Part shown: positions 45,342 to 55,159 of the stretch, piece by piece
How the letters are laid out: every line of letters begins with the position of its first letter
Numbering within the stretch: position 1 is the first letter of the stretch
Assembly: GCA_017472285.1 (NCBI GenBank)
Contig: JAFUQQ010000012.1
Location: 2,051-66,050 of the forward strand
DNA: 64,000 nt
Origin: Clostridia bacterium
GTDB lineage: Bacteria; Bacillota; Clostridia; Oscillospirales; CAG-272
Reading direction: 5' to 3'
Position numbers and translations under genes: made by a program
Notes under the pieces: model-generated
Database searches by the model: none
Told to the model about the DNA's origin: nothing
Seen by the model: the letters and a program-made list of their open reading frames with translations, nothing else

Positions 45342-46097
45342 TTATTTTTTTAATTCCCAGTATAAGTACAATGGAATCTTTTTTAGCCATGCCAATGCGA
45401 CAGATATTGATGCCTGTTCGTCGCTTGCCTGAGGTTCATTCAAATCGACAATCGTTAATCCTACTTTGAGAAATGTTTTCACATAATCTTCTAACGTCCT
45501 ATGTCTCCAAATTACAGGAGTTGTTCCTTTCCAAAGAGGAGCTTCCCATTCTTTCGGCTCGAAATAATTCATAACAACCACTTGTCTTTCGATACCGACA
45601 CCCTGCCGTCCTATGCCAGTTTCATGATTTCCATCAAAACAAGGGTGCAAAACACTTGCAAACAATCGTCCATTTGGTTTTAATACACGAACCACTTCAC
45701 GTAAAGTCCCTTCAAGATCCTCACAATCCATTAGCATCATGGAGCAAAGTACAATATCAAACTGATGAGATTCGATATCAAATAGATCATTGCTGTTTCG
45801 GATAAAGTGCTCAATATGAAGATTTTCTTCTTTTGCGAAAGCAGTCGAAAATTCAATAGCTTTCTTTGAACAGTCAATAGAGACAAGTTGTGCGCCTCTT
45901 TTGGCAAGCTCTCTCGAATAGCCACCTTCACCACAGCCCAAATCTAAAATCTTTTTACCCTTCACATTACCCATGAATTTGAGCATATTGGGCATGATAA
46001 AACACATTCTGCTTTCGCCTGTTTGAGCCAGTTCAACCCATTCATCACCCATTGCATTCCATGCAATCGTGGAACTATCATGTTTCATCTCTTTCAA
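45342..46097 (-). CDS. class I SAM-dependent methyltransferase
   Basis: Motif I ILDLGCGEGGYSRELAKRG. Start TTG 46097 or ATG 46088 downstream of GAAGGAGG. The track start 46121 lies inside the RBS. Confidence 0.8.
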   Translation of the reverse strand: MKEMKHDSSTIAWNAMGDEWVELAQTGESRMCFIMPNMLKFMGNVKGKKILDLGCGEGGYSRELAKRGAQLVSIDCSKKAIEFSTAFAKEENLHIEHFIRNSNDLFDIESHQFDIVLCSMMLMDCEDLEGTLREVVRVLKPNGRLFASVLHPCFDGNHETGIGRQGVGIERQVVVMNYFEPKEWEAPLWKGTTPVIWRHRTLEDYVKTFLKVGLTIVDLNEPQASDEQASISVALAWLKKIPLYLYWELKK

Positions 46098-46121
46098 CGC
46101 TACTACCTCCTTCAATTTCAA

Positions 46122-46250
46122 GTTTATTTATGAGAAGATATTATAGCATGGTATTTTAGAATAGTCAATAGAAAAGCAATAAATTACATAGGCAAAAATA
46201 TAAGCCGACTTTATCGCACCGAGGTGGTGAAATAAGGTCGGCTTTTTGCG
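46122..46250. repeat. cassette-array module copy 1 (leader + promoter + TACATAGGC box + hairpin)
   Basis: Minus-strand TTGACT (46168-46163), 17 nt, TATAAT (46145-40). Box AATTACATAGGC. Hairpin 46202-46244 plus T-run. Confidence 0.75.
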
Positions 46251-46307
46251 TATTTCTTTTATTGGTTGCATATTAGGGTATATCTTGAAAATTGGAATTG
46301 GTCAAGA

Positions 46308-46913
46308 TTATATTTCAAAGTCTGGAATAACACCATTTATTACACATCTAATAATATTCATTGCCTCGCCTTTTGCCCGTTCAACACCCACTGCTGTATT
46401 CATCCAATTATCCCGTCTCGTATTGTTATCATTTGCTGGACAAGGAATGATAGCAATATGTGTTGGGAACAAATATCGTGCGATAGCCAAACTGCGTCTC
46501 ATATGATAGGCTGTTGTAACCAACAACACTCTGCGAACTCTATTCAGCCAGAAAGTTCGTTGTAATTCTACCAATGCAAAGAGGATATTCTCGACTGTGT
46601 TCTGTGATGAATTCTCTAAAATAACATTTTCTTCAGATATACCTAATTCTAAAACAGCTTTATACATATGCTCGGCTTCGCTACATTTTCCAACAGAAAA
46701 ATCTCGTAATGCACCACCGCATAACATGATTTTTCTGGCTCTTCCTGCCTTATAAGCATCAACCGCAACAGGCACTCTATACTTTGTAGCCTTTACGCTT
46801 CCTAATACAATAATGCAATCGGCACTTTCACCTGTATCTTCTAAATCTTGAAATAATAACCTGTCTACTATTTCAGGCGTCAGGTCTTCCTCTTTTATTT
46901 TTGATACTAACAT
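46308..46913 (-). CDS. YdcF/DUF218-family protein
   Basis: ADCIIVLGSVKATKYRVPVAVDAYKAGRARKIMLCGG...LLVTTAYHMRRS. Confidence 0.75.
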   Translation of the reverse strand: MLVSKIKEEDLTPEIVDRLLFQDLEDTGESADCIIVLGSVKATKYRVPVAVDAYKAGRARKIMLCGGALRDFSVGKCSEAEHMYKAVLELGISEENVILENSSQNTVENILFALVELQRTFWLNRVRRVLLVTTAYHMRRSLAIARYLFPTHIAIIPCPANDNNTRRDNWMNTAVGVERAKGEAMNIIRCVINGVIPDFEI

Positions 46914-47061
46914 TTTTCTTCCTCACAAATTCAAGTTTATGTATTAGTTGACATTATATCATGAAGTATAGAATTAGTAAATAGAAAAGCTGAAAAAATA
47001 CATAGGCGCAAATTAAGCCGACTTTATCGCACCGATGTGGTGAAATATGGTCGGCTTTTTC
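46914..47061. repeat. cassette-array module copy 2
   Basis: Minus-strand TTTACT (46981-46976), 17 nt, TATAAT (46958-53). The leader GTCAACTAATACATAAACTTGAATTTG is nearly identical to copy 4. Hairpin 47015-47057. Confidence 0.75.
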
Positions 47062-47074
47062 ATTATTATCGTTT

Positions 47075-47695
47075 TTATTTAAATCTACGAACAACTATTT
47101 TATTTGATGCATGTAAATGCTTTGGCACACCGGGATGCTCATCTTCAAAGATATATGACTTAAATTGTAAGACTTCCCAATCTTTATACAAATCAATGAT
47201 CTCTTCATCTTTTGCTAAGCCAATTGCAAATGGGGCAATATCTTCTGATGCCGGTACGCTATCGGTAAATATCTGCATTATGTGTATTCCACCAATATTT
47301 GTGTGTAATTTTGCGTTATTGAGAAAATTTTTCCAATCATCTTTACTTAGAAAATGTAAAGTACCAAAGCAGATAATCATGTCATAATTCTTTTCAAATT
47401 GATATGTGGTCATGTCGGCAACATAAGCATTAAGTTGTGTACCAAGTAGTTGACATCTATGTTTTACCTTGGCTATTGCGTTTTCTGATAAGTCAAATGC
47501 ATCAGTATTGCAATACCCTTGTTGTGCTAAGTATATAGCATTTTGACCTTCTCCACAACCAGCTTCTAAAATTTTTGATTGCTTACTTAGTAAGTTTTCA
47601 AATTCTTTGACCGTTGGATTCGGTTTAACTGAAAAAGTGATAATATCTTTTTCTTGATATGTTTTTTCCCAAAATGGAATTATCTCTTTGCCCAT
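47075..47695 (-). CDS. class I SAM-dependent methyltransferase (TehB-like)
   Basis: ILEAGCGEGQNAIYLAQQG. ATG 47695 follows GGGGTGA, and the track start 47704 overlaps the RBS. Confidence 0.8.
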   Translation of the reverse strand: MGKEIIPFWEKTYQEKDIITFSVKPNPTVKEFENLLSKQSKILEAGCGEGQNAIYLAQQGYCNTDAFDLSENAIAKVKHRCQLLGTQLNAYVADMTTYQFEKNYDMIICFGTLHFLSKDDWKNFLNNAKLHTNIGGIHIMQIFTDSVPASEDIAPFAIGLAKDEEIIDLYKDWEVLQFKSYIFEDEHPGVPKHLHASNKIVVRRFK

Positions 47696-47704
47696 GCAAA
47701 TCAC

Positions 47705-47868
47705 CCCAATGAATTTAGATTTATTTTAATAAAACTTTATATCACAAAATATAAAGAAAGTCAATAGTAAGTTTCTTTTCATAGTGAAAATAATTGTGAA
47801 AAATTACATAGGCACTAATCAAGCCGACTTTATCGCACCGAAGTGGTGAAATAAGGTCGGCTTTTTTG
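47705..47868. repeat. cassette-array module copy 3
   Basis: Minus-strand TTGACT (47764-47759), 17 nt, TATAAA (47741-36). Box AATTACATAGGC. Hairpin 47821-47863 plus T-run. Confidence 0.75.
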
Positions 47869-47926
47869 CTTATTCTAGTTACTGATTGTGTCTTATAATA
47901 TATCTGATAAATTGGAATTTGTCAAT

Positions 47927-48451
47927 CTATTTCATGGATTCTATACTGTCGATTCCGTTATACCAATTCAATAAATCAGCATATGTGCCTCTAAAATGAT
48001 AACTGATTCCATTTTTGTTTTCGCCTACTATTGTTAGTCCTAATTTGCCGAGAATACCGACTGATTTGATGTTCCTCTTGTCTGCGTATGCTTCAACAAC
48101 ACAGACCCCATCTCTCATGTTATCTAAAACGAATTTGTAAATTTTTTCAAAAATATTGTATTTACCTTGATAAGACTTTCTTATCTGTATCTCTTCCATA
48201 AAAAACACATCATTTTGCACGGAGTATTTAAAAAAGCCTGCGATTTCATTTATTTCTTTTTGAACAATAATGATAATGTGTCGATTTTCATTTTTCAGTT
48301 CTTCTTTATTCGCATCAAACCAACACGAAAAAGCTTCTTCACGGCTATTTCCGATAGGTGCAATCCAACTCATATTATCATATAAAACTGAAAATAACGC
48401 CTCGGCATATTGTTCAAACTCATCCTGTCTTAAAAAGTTAATATCAAACAT
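47927..48451 (-). CDS. GNAT-family N-acetyltransferase
   Basis: 174 aa. FMEEIQIRKSYQGKYNIFEKIYKFVLDNM...VEAYADKRNIKSVGILGKLGL is a GNAT-like core. Confidence 0.7.
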   Translation of the reverse strand: MFDINFLRQDEFEQYAEALFSVLYDNMSWIAPIGNSREEAFSCWFDANKEELKNENRHIIIIVQKEINEIAGFFKYSVQNDVFFMEEIQIRKSYQGKYNIFEKIYKFVLDNMRDGVCVVEAYADKRNIKSVGILGKLGLTIVGENKNGISYHFRGTYADLLNWYNGIDSIESMK

Positions 48452-48560
48452 GTTATTCCTCCGTCAAATTCAAGTTTATGTATTAGTTAACATTATAGCG
48501 CGATATTCTCAAATAGTCAATAGAAATCCATAAAAATTGCATAGGCGCAAATCAAAAGCC
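48452..48560. repeat. cassette-array module copy 4 (leader + promoter + TGCATAGGC box; hairpin replaced)
   Basis: Minus-strand TTGACT (48520-48515), 17 nt, TATAAT (48497-92). Leader GTTAACTAATACATAAACTTGAATTTG. Box ATTGCATAGGCGCAAATC. Confidence 0.7.
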
Positions 48561-48762
48561 CAAGTGTGCTTTTCCGACCAAATGGAGATTTTTTCTCCGT
48601 TTGATATGTTTACACGAAATTGTCGTTATGTTATAATACTTTGCAGATAGTAATATTGAAAAAAATAAATAAAAAATTTTTTCAATATTTAACCGAAAGG
48701 GGTTTTGTTCCACTATATAAGTGAAATCACCGGTGATGATGAAAAGCAAAGGAGGTGTTAAA

Positions 48763-50328
48763 TTGGATAGACAAGAACTTGATGCAAAGGTTGAAGATAT
48801 GGCAAAAACTCTTTTATCTTATTGTTCTGCCCGAACATCCAATCATTTTGAAGCCGAAGATTTGGCACAGGATATCATTTTGGAGATATATAAATCTGCC
48901 GATAACATCCGTAATATTGATGCGGTTTATGGTTTTATGTGGGCAGTCGCAGGAAATGTCTATAAACAGTGGTGTAAAAACAAAGCTAAGGATAAAGAAT
49001 GTGAACTGACAGATCATCTGCCGGATGTGGCTGAATTATTGGATGCAGACGATTCTTCACTCCAACTGCTCCGACGGGAATTGACATTACTTTCAGAGAA
49101 ATATCGAAAAGCTGTTGTTTTATACTACATTGAAAATAAATCTTGTTCAGAAATATCCGATTGCCTTTCGATCAGTGAAAACATGGTAAAATATTTGCTT
49201 TTCAAATCCCGACAAATTTTGAAAGAAGGTATGAGTATGGAACGAAACTATGGTAAGCAGAGTTATCACCCAAAAGAGCTTTCTCTTTTATTCTGGGGGA
49301 ATGGTGCGAATCGCTATTATCATTTGTGTGATAGTAGAATATCACAAAACATTTTGTTTGCTTGTTACAATGACAAACTGAGTGCAGAGCAAATCAGCTT
49401 GGAAATCGGCGTATCTCTCCCATACATGGAGGATAAGTTGGCAGAACTTTGTGAGTATGAATTTTTAAAAAAAGATGGTAACCGATATTACACAAATATC
49501 GTGATTTTCACAAAAGATTTTGCAAGCGAAGTGAATGTTAAAACGGCTGACTTACGAAAAAATATTGCGGATATGCTAATAGCAGCCATTTCCGAACAGG
49601 AGAAAGCCGTTCGCAATATAGGATTTTACGGTGCTGAGATGAATCATAATGCTTTTTCTTGGCAAATGGTCAGCTTTATTTTGTATCGTGCAGTGGTGGA
49701 AAATCTCCAAAATAAAATTGAGATCGTTTACCCTAAAGATAAATTCGGAACCGAGTGTTTTATCTGGGGAAGCGAGAATGATGCTCAAAACTCGTGGAGA
49801 TCTGAATTTGGATTTGGTATCTCCAATGTTGTCAACAGCAACGGAGATTACGTGCAGTTTATGGATTTTCCGATCAACGGAGAAATGGTGCATCATTACT
49901 GTTTTAACCGTCAGAACGTTACAAATGTATTTCTGGATATTGCCAAAGGTCACACAGCGCATTTCAGTGATAACGATAAGGCATTGGCGGCTGATATGGT
50001 TCGTAAGGGATATGTCATTTCAAACGATAAAGGGCTTTTTGTCAATGCGCCTGTATTTACGGAAGCTCAGTATCAAGCTTTAAAGAATATTTTTGCTGAA
50101 ACAGTTGAGAAAATTGCCGATGAAGCCGAAACATTGATGGAAACGGTCACAAAAATCCTGAAAAATCACATGCCTGGACATTTAAAGAAGTTTGCAAAAG
50201 ATATGGCATATTTTCGTCTGTTTGAAGATGCAATATCTGCGCCGGTTGCAATTTTGTATGATCGCAAATATTTGTTGCCGTATGATAAAAAGGATATTCT
50301 TCCTACGACTTATGTTATTTTGAAATGA
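48763..50328 (+). CDS. sigma-70-family (ECF-like) protein with ~340-aa C-terminal extension
   Basis: AAAGGAGG RBS then TTG 48763. Region 2-like AEDLAQDIILEIYKS...WAVAGNVYKQW, region 4 KYRKAVVLYYIENKSCSEISDCLSISENMVKYLLFKSRQIL. Confidence 0.7.
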   Translation: MDRQELDAKVEDMAKTLLSYCSARTSNHFEAEDLAQDIILEIYKSADNIRNIDAVYGFMWAVAGNVYKQWCKNKAKDKECELTDHLPDVAELLDADDSSLQLLRRELTLLSEKYRKAVVLYYIENKSCSEISDCLSISENMVKYLLFKSRQILKEGMSMERNYGKQSYHPKELSLLFWGNGANRYYHLCDSRISQNILFACYNDKLSAEQISLEIGVSLPYMEDKLAELCEYEFLKKDGNRYYTNIVIFTKDFASEVNVKTADLRKNIADMLIAAISEQEKAVRNIGFYGAEMNHNAFSWQMVSFILYRAVVENLQNKIEIVYPKDKFGTECFIWGSENDAQNSWRSEFGFGISNVVNSNGDYVQFMDFPINGEMVHHYCFNRQNVTNVFLDIAKGHTAHFSDNDKALAADMVRKGYVISNDKGLFVNAPVFTEAQYQALKNIFAETVEKIADEAETLMETVTKILKNHMPGHLKKFAKDMAYFRLFEDAISAPVAILYDRKYLLPYDKKDILPTTYVILK

Positions 50329-50354
50329 AAATTTTGATTCTGTAAGTTTAAAAG

Positions 50355-50390
50355 AAACTCCGCTTTCTGAGGAAGGCGGAGTTTTGTTTG
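50355..50390 (+). terminator. rho-independent terminator
   Basis: AAACTCCGCTTTC-TGAG-GAAGGCGGAGTTT followed by a T-rich run. Confidence 0.6.
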
Positions 50391-50488
50391 TATGATTATC
50401 AACCACAGGTTGAAAAAATTAAACCGATGATTGCTTGTTCTGAAGGAGCATATGTGTTATAATGAAATCAATGAAAGGAGTTGACGGT

Positions 50489-51016
50489 ATGGAAAACGTA
50501 AACGTGATATTAGCTGCAAATATTTTAAAATACAGAAAGAAAAACGGTCTGAGTCAAAATGAGCTTGCACAAAAATTAGGTGTTTCTTTCCAAGCGGTTT
50601 CTAAATGGGAAAAGGGAAAATCCGCGCCGGATATCGCTTTTTTGCCGATCATGGCGGATATGTTCGGTTGTCATATCGATGAATTGTTTTCAAGAGAGGT
50701 GAAAACGGAAATTCATTACGATCATTGCGCAGAATTTCCTTGACCTGATGACAATACCATCAGAATTTTTCAAACGCTCGGTAAAAAAATTTTGAAGTCG
50801 CAAGAAGACAGCTCTTATATAGAAGTGACTTTTCCTCGAAATTGTAATGAAACGACCAGACAATATTTTAAGGTTGAGTTTTTTGGCAATATTGTGTCTG
50901 ATAGCAGCATCAATGGGGACGTGGTTTGTCACGGAAAAATTGATTGTCATGATATCAACGGAGATGTCAAAGCTCTTGGAGATATCAGTGCCGATCATAT
51001 CAATAAATGCAATTGA
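50489..51016 (+). pseudogene. HTH (XRE) regulator with C-terminal repeat domain, interrupted by an in-frame TGA
   Basis: AAAGGAG RBS then ATG 50489. LKYRKKNGLSQNELAQKLGVSFQAVSKWEKGKSAPD. TGA at 50741-50743 (..AEFP*PDDNTIRIF..) and the same frame continues to 51016. Confidence 0.55.
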
Positions 51017-51179
51017 TTATCACAGTTCAACATCAAAAGCTCCGTTTTTTGAAAAAGTGTAGATGAGAGGTTTCATCAGCGGAAGGCGATGACGGCTTAT
51101 CAAGAAAATTCTTGACAGTATATATTCATATATGATATAATATTTATATATGATTTGAAAAAAGGGGAATAAACCGAAA

Positions 51180-52028
51180 ATGCCGAAACTTGATAAAATT
51201 TTGAAGAGTTTACAACGAAATGAAATCTCTGTTACCGTTTGTGAAACACAGAGCGATGCGTCACCTTACAGAAGTAAATTCGGCGGAAAACCCGCTGTTT
51301 CCGCGGATTTTGTCTGGCCGTATTTTGAAGCGGAAAATTATGAGGGGGAAGTGGCAAACAGACCGCTTTCTTTCCTCGGTCAGATCAATCTTCAGGAAAT
51401 GCATCCTTATGATAAAGAAAATTTACTGCCGGATAAAGGTCTGCTCCTTTTCTTTTATGAAATGGATTCGATGTGTTGGGGCTACGATCCTGCAGATGAC
51501 GATTGTGCACGGGTATATTATTTTGAAGATATCGAACAACTGAAAGAGGCAGATTTTCCGAAAGATTTGCAAAAAGGTTATGAACTCAAAGAATACGCGC
51601 TCTCTTTTTCCTCAAAAGCCTCTTATCCCGATTTTGAAGAAGTGGATTGTTATATTGATCTCGACTGCGATTGGGACGACTATGATGAAGCTCTTGAGAA
51701 CATGGGATATGAGCTCGAATCTGAACGTCATAAACTGCTTGGATATGCTGATCTGGTACAAAGTGAAATGCTGACCGAATGTGAAAGAACCGCAAGAGGC
51801 TTGTATTGCGGTGATGCGGAAAGTTATCGGAAATTATCCGAAGAAGAAAAAGAGGATATCAAAAAGTCTGCGACTGATTGGATTTTGCTATTTCAATTGG
51901 CATCCATTCAGGATGATGATTATGAATTGATGTTTGGTGATCTTGGTAATCTTTATTTTTATATCCGTAAACAAGATCTGAAAGAACGCCGTTTTGATAA
52001 GGTCAGATTGGTTTTGCAATGCGGATAA
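51180..52028 (+). CDS. YwqG/DUF1963-family protein
   Basis: SKFGGKPAV...PLSFLGQINL...LLLFFY...HKLLGYADLVQ...WILLFQLAS...MFGDLGNLYFYI. Confidence 0.75.
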   Translation: MPKLDKILKSLQRNEISVTVCETQSDASPYRSKFGGKPAVSADFVWPYFEAENYEGEVANRPLSFLGQINLQEMHPYDKENLLPDKGLLLFFYEMDSMCWGYDPADDDCARVYYFEDIEQLKEADFPKDLQKGYELKEYALSFSSKASYPDFEEVDCYIDLDCDWDDYDEALENMGYELESERHKLLGYADLVQSEMLTECERTARGLYCGDAESYRKLSEEEKEDIKKSATDWILLFQLASIQDDDYELMFGDLGNLYFYIRKQDLKERRFDKVRLVLQCG

Positions 52029-52050
52029 TACCGATGGATAGGAGAACCGT

Positions 52051-52620
52051 ATGAAAAAATTATTGGTGTTTTGTTTGATTCTCTGTTTTTTGCTTGTTGG
52101 ATGCGGAGAAAAACGGATTGTTAACTGTACATTGAATTCCCGATTGGTGCAGGAGGATGAAGTTTGTCAGATGCTTTTGCAAAGCGATGCGTTATTTGCT
52201 TTTGAAGTGAGCAAGGATGAGGAAACGACCGTTCAGACGGTTTACGTTTGGGATAATCTGCTTCGCAGAGAGCTTTGGGATGATGTTTATTTGCTTTGGA
52301 AACATCTTTCCGATGAGGAAAAGATCATTACTTTGGAAGTCGGAGATGAAATCTGTATAGATGGCGAGCGGATTGATTTTTCTTATACGTCGGATACGTC
52401 ACGCGCCGTTCTGACTTCTGTTTTGCCGAAACTCGCAGATGTTAACCTTCATGATTTCAAATTGCAACTGCGGCTTTGGTTTATCCGATTGGAAACATAT
52501 GAAGCACTTGGCGATACGGAAGTGATCGCGATCGAAACGAGAATATCAGACGAGGAAAAGATGCGATTGGATTTTCAGAGCTTGAATGAAATTCAATTGA
52601 TTAACGATCTGAATTTCTAA
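52051..52620 (+). CDS. lipoprotein (unknown function)
   Basis: MKKLLVFCLILCFLLVGCGE: signal peptide with lipobox L-V-G-C. Confidence 0.65.
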   Translation: MKKLLVFCLILCFLLVGCGEKRIVNCTLNSRLVQEDEVCQMLLQSDALFAFEVSKDEETTVQTVYVWDNLLRRELWDDVYLLWKHLSDEEKIITLEVGDEICIDGERIDFSYTSDTSRAVLTSVLPKLADVNLHDFKLQLRLWFIRLETYEALGDTEVIAIETRISDEEKMRLDFQSLNEIQLINDLNF

Positions 52621-52628
52621 ACATAAAG

Positions 52629-52660
52629 ACATCTGCTTTCTGAGGAGGCAGATGTTTTTT
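52629..52660 (+). terminator. rho-independent terminator
   Basis: ACATCTGC / GCAGATGT stem with a TTTCTGAGGAG loop, followed by TTTTTT. Confidence 0.7.
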
Positions 52661-52811
52661 GAATTATAGGAAATTGCGCAAAACCGACCTTGCCGCTTTT
52701 TTGCTTTCAATAGTTTACAAAAACAAGAATTGACAAAATCTTTGCATTGTGATACAATAATTTGAGTAAAATGCGGATCATATCCGTGGGAATGATGAAT
52801 GGTAAAAAAAT

Positions 52812-53567
52812 ATGAATATGAAAAAACGAAAATTGACTCCGATATGTATTCTTCATTATATTAAACTTTCGTATCGCTCTTTGCTTTTGATTTTGGCGGG
52901 TGTGCTTTATGTGATCGGCAGAATCCAAAACTCAGAAGGGCTTTTTTTAGGCTATGAACACGAATACTGGCTTCTCGGCGCGATATGGTTGGTATATGCT
53001 GTCGAAATGGCGTTCCGATTTTTCCCCTCCAAATTGGAAAGTATGGGATGTCAGAAGCAATTTAAACGGAATTATCAGCCGACAGGAGAAGAAAAACCTG
53101 TATTGCAATCATGGAAACGCACGTTTGCCGTTGCACTCGCGTGGTTTATCCTGAACGGTCTGATCGGTCTTTTTTATTATCTGCATATCATCGATACGGG
53201 AATCCTGATCTTGATTAGCCTTGCTTACGGTGTATGCGATATGATATGTATCCTCTTTTTCTGTCCGTTTCAGACGTGGTTTATGAAAAACAGATGTTGC
53301 ACGGTTTGCAGAATTTATAATTGGGATTTTGCCATGATGTTCACGCCTTTCGTTTTTATTCCGAATCCTTATGCATGGAGCTTATTGGCGATGTCGTTGA
53401 TTCTTCTTCTTCGTTGGGAAATTACGCTGCAGCGATCGCCTGAACGCTTTTCCGATCGTACCAATGCCTGTCTTTCTTGTCAGAATTGCGAAGAAAAACT
53501 TTGTCATCATAAAAAACAGCTTCGTCATTTCTGGAAAAAGAATCAGTCAAGATTCAGATTCAAATAA
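52812..53567 (+). CDS. polytopic membrane protein with Cys-rich C-terminus (unknown function)
   Basis: Several hydrophobic helices. CPFQTWFMKNRCCTVCRIYNWD and CLSCQNCEEKLCHH. Confidence 0.5.
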   Translation: MNMKKRKLTPICILHYIKLSYRSLLLILAGVLYVIGRIQNSEGLFLGYEHEYWLLGAIWLVYAVEMAFRFFPSKLESMGCQKQFKRNYQPTGEEKPVLQSWKRTFAVALAWFILNGLIGLFYYLHIIDTGILILISLAYGVCDMICILFFCPFQTWFMKNRCCTVCRIYNWDFAMMFTPFVFIPNPYAWSLLAMSLILLLRWEITLQRSPERFSDRTNACLSCQNCEEKLCHHKKQLRHFWKKNQSRFRFK

Positions 53568-53684
53568 CAGCGCCTTCAAATATCTTGACAAATGATTTTC
53601 AGGGTGATATAATAAAGAGGTATGGAATCTTTGCCATCCGAAATGATCGGCATGGCAGAAGTACGCGAAAGGAAGCTTTTATCT

Positions 53685-54335
53685 ATGTCAAAATTTTTAA
53701 AATGGCTTGATAATTATTGGTATCATTATAAGTGGCCGACGATCATCGTTTCATTTTTTGTCATTATTGGCACGATTTCTGTCGTTCAGCTTTTCAACAG
53801 GGTATCGTATGATGCTTATATCATGTACGTTGGTGATGAAACTATCCCCGATACGCAATATCAGGATATTATGGATTCCTTGAAAAAAGTATCCAAAGAT
53901 TATAATGGCGATAAGGAACACAATATCAATTTCTCAAAAATGGCTTTCATTTCCGATGAAAATCATGAAATGGCTTCCACGGTCAATGCAAGCACGGTAC
54001 AATATCTTTCCAATATGGTTGTGCAACCGTATTATATCTATTTGATGTCACCTGAAGTCTATGACACGTATAAAGACAGCGGAATATTCGTTCCGATCTC
54101 CGAGGTCGTTACGGATGTTCCTGAGGATTGGTATTATGATGATACGGCAATTTATTTCGATAAGACGGATTATGCCAACAGCTTCGCCGGTGTGAACGAT
54201 CTCGGTGAAGATACGCTCCTCGTTCTCAAGATTATCCCGTATTCTGCTTCCAAATCTGCGCAGAAGGCGGAAAGAACCGCTTATGAAAATCATCTGGATC
54301 TGTTAAAAAACATTCTTTCATACAGAAAGAAATGA
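53685..54335 (+). CDS. membrane-anchored protein (unknown function)
   Basis: AAAGGAAG RBS then ATG 53685. N-terminal TM WPTIIVSFFVIIGTISVVQLF. Confidence 0.5.
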   Translation: MSKFLKWLDNYWYHYKWPTIIVSFFVIIGTISVVQLFNRVSYDAYIMYVGDETIPDTQYQDIMDSLKKVSKDYNGDKEHNINFSKMAFISDENHEMASTVNASTVQYLSNMVVQPYYIYLMSPEVYDTYKDSGIFVPISEVVTDVPEDWYYDDTAIYFDKTDYANSFAGVNDLGEDTLLVLKIIPYSASKSAQKAERTAYENHLDLLKNILSYRKK

Positions 54336-54356
54336 TTAAAGAAAGGATATATCATT

Positions 54357-55100
54357 ATGAAAATTCTTGCAATCGGCAACAGCTTTTCTCAGGATGCGAC
54401 AACGTATATCGAAGATATCGCAAACTCTATGGGAATCGAAGACATTACGGCAGCAAACCTTTATATCCCCGGCTGTCCTCTGACCAAACACGCGGAAAAT
54501 CTCAAAACAGATGAACTTGAATATGAATATCAGCTCCGCGGCAAGGGCATTTATAAGACTTCTATCCATGCAGCACTCGCTGCAGACGATTGGGACGTGA
54601 TTACCATGCAGCAGGTCAGCGGCGACTCCGGTATTTACGATACGTTTCATCCTTATATCGATGAACTTTATGCGGAAGTCAAACGTCTTTGCCCCAATGC
54701 AAAGGTTCTTTTACATCGTACATGGGCTTATGAAGAAAGAAGCGGTCATCACCGTTTCAAAGATTACGGTTGCGATCATGACACGATGGATGCGGCAATT
54801 GAAGAAACCTTCCAGAAGATTTCCGAAGATCTCGGCGGTCTTGAGATCATTCCTTGCGGTAACGTGGTTCATGAAATCAAAAAGGTTCTTCCTGAATTCG
54901 ACGTATTGAACGGCGGCGCATCTCTTTACAGAGATCGTTTCCATATGGGTAACTGCTACGGTAGATATATCGTTGCTTGTGTATGGCTTAAGAAGGTTTG
55001 CGGTATCGAAGATATCTCTCCTGCGAAGTTTGTTCCCAACGAAGCATATCCTCCGCTCATCAGAAAACTCAACGAATATATCAATAATATGCAGTTTTGA
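54357..55100 (+). CDS. DUF4886/SGNH-like hydrolase-fold protein
   Basis: MKILAIGNSFSQDATTYIEDIA at the N-terminus and ..DRFHMGNCYGRYI.. near the C-terminus. Confidence 0.65.
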   Translation: MKILAIGNSFSQDATTYIEDIANSMGIEDITAANLYIPGCPLTKHAENLKTDELEYEYQLRGKGIYKTSIHAALAADDWDVITMQQVSGDSGIYDTFHPYIDELYAEVKRLCPNAKVLLHRTWAYEERSGHHRFKDYGCDHDTMDAAIEETFQKISEDLGGLEIIPCGNVVHEIKKVLPEFDVLNGGASLYRDRFHMGNCYGRYIVACVWLKKVCGIEDISPAKFVPNEAYPPLIRKLNEYINNMQF

Positions 55101-55159
55101 TTTCGTTTACATATAAAACGAAAATATTCAAAAATTTTCAAAAAATTTCAAAAAAGGTA

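Noticed and set aside
44627-48600. Possibility that the regularly spaced repeats are a CRISPR array
   Set aside because: Repeat spacing is 650-1560 bp and the intervals contain full-length genes. The repeats are 130+ bp composite promoter/hairpin modules, not 25-40-bp direct repeats.
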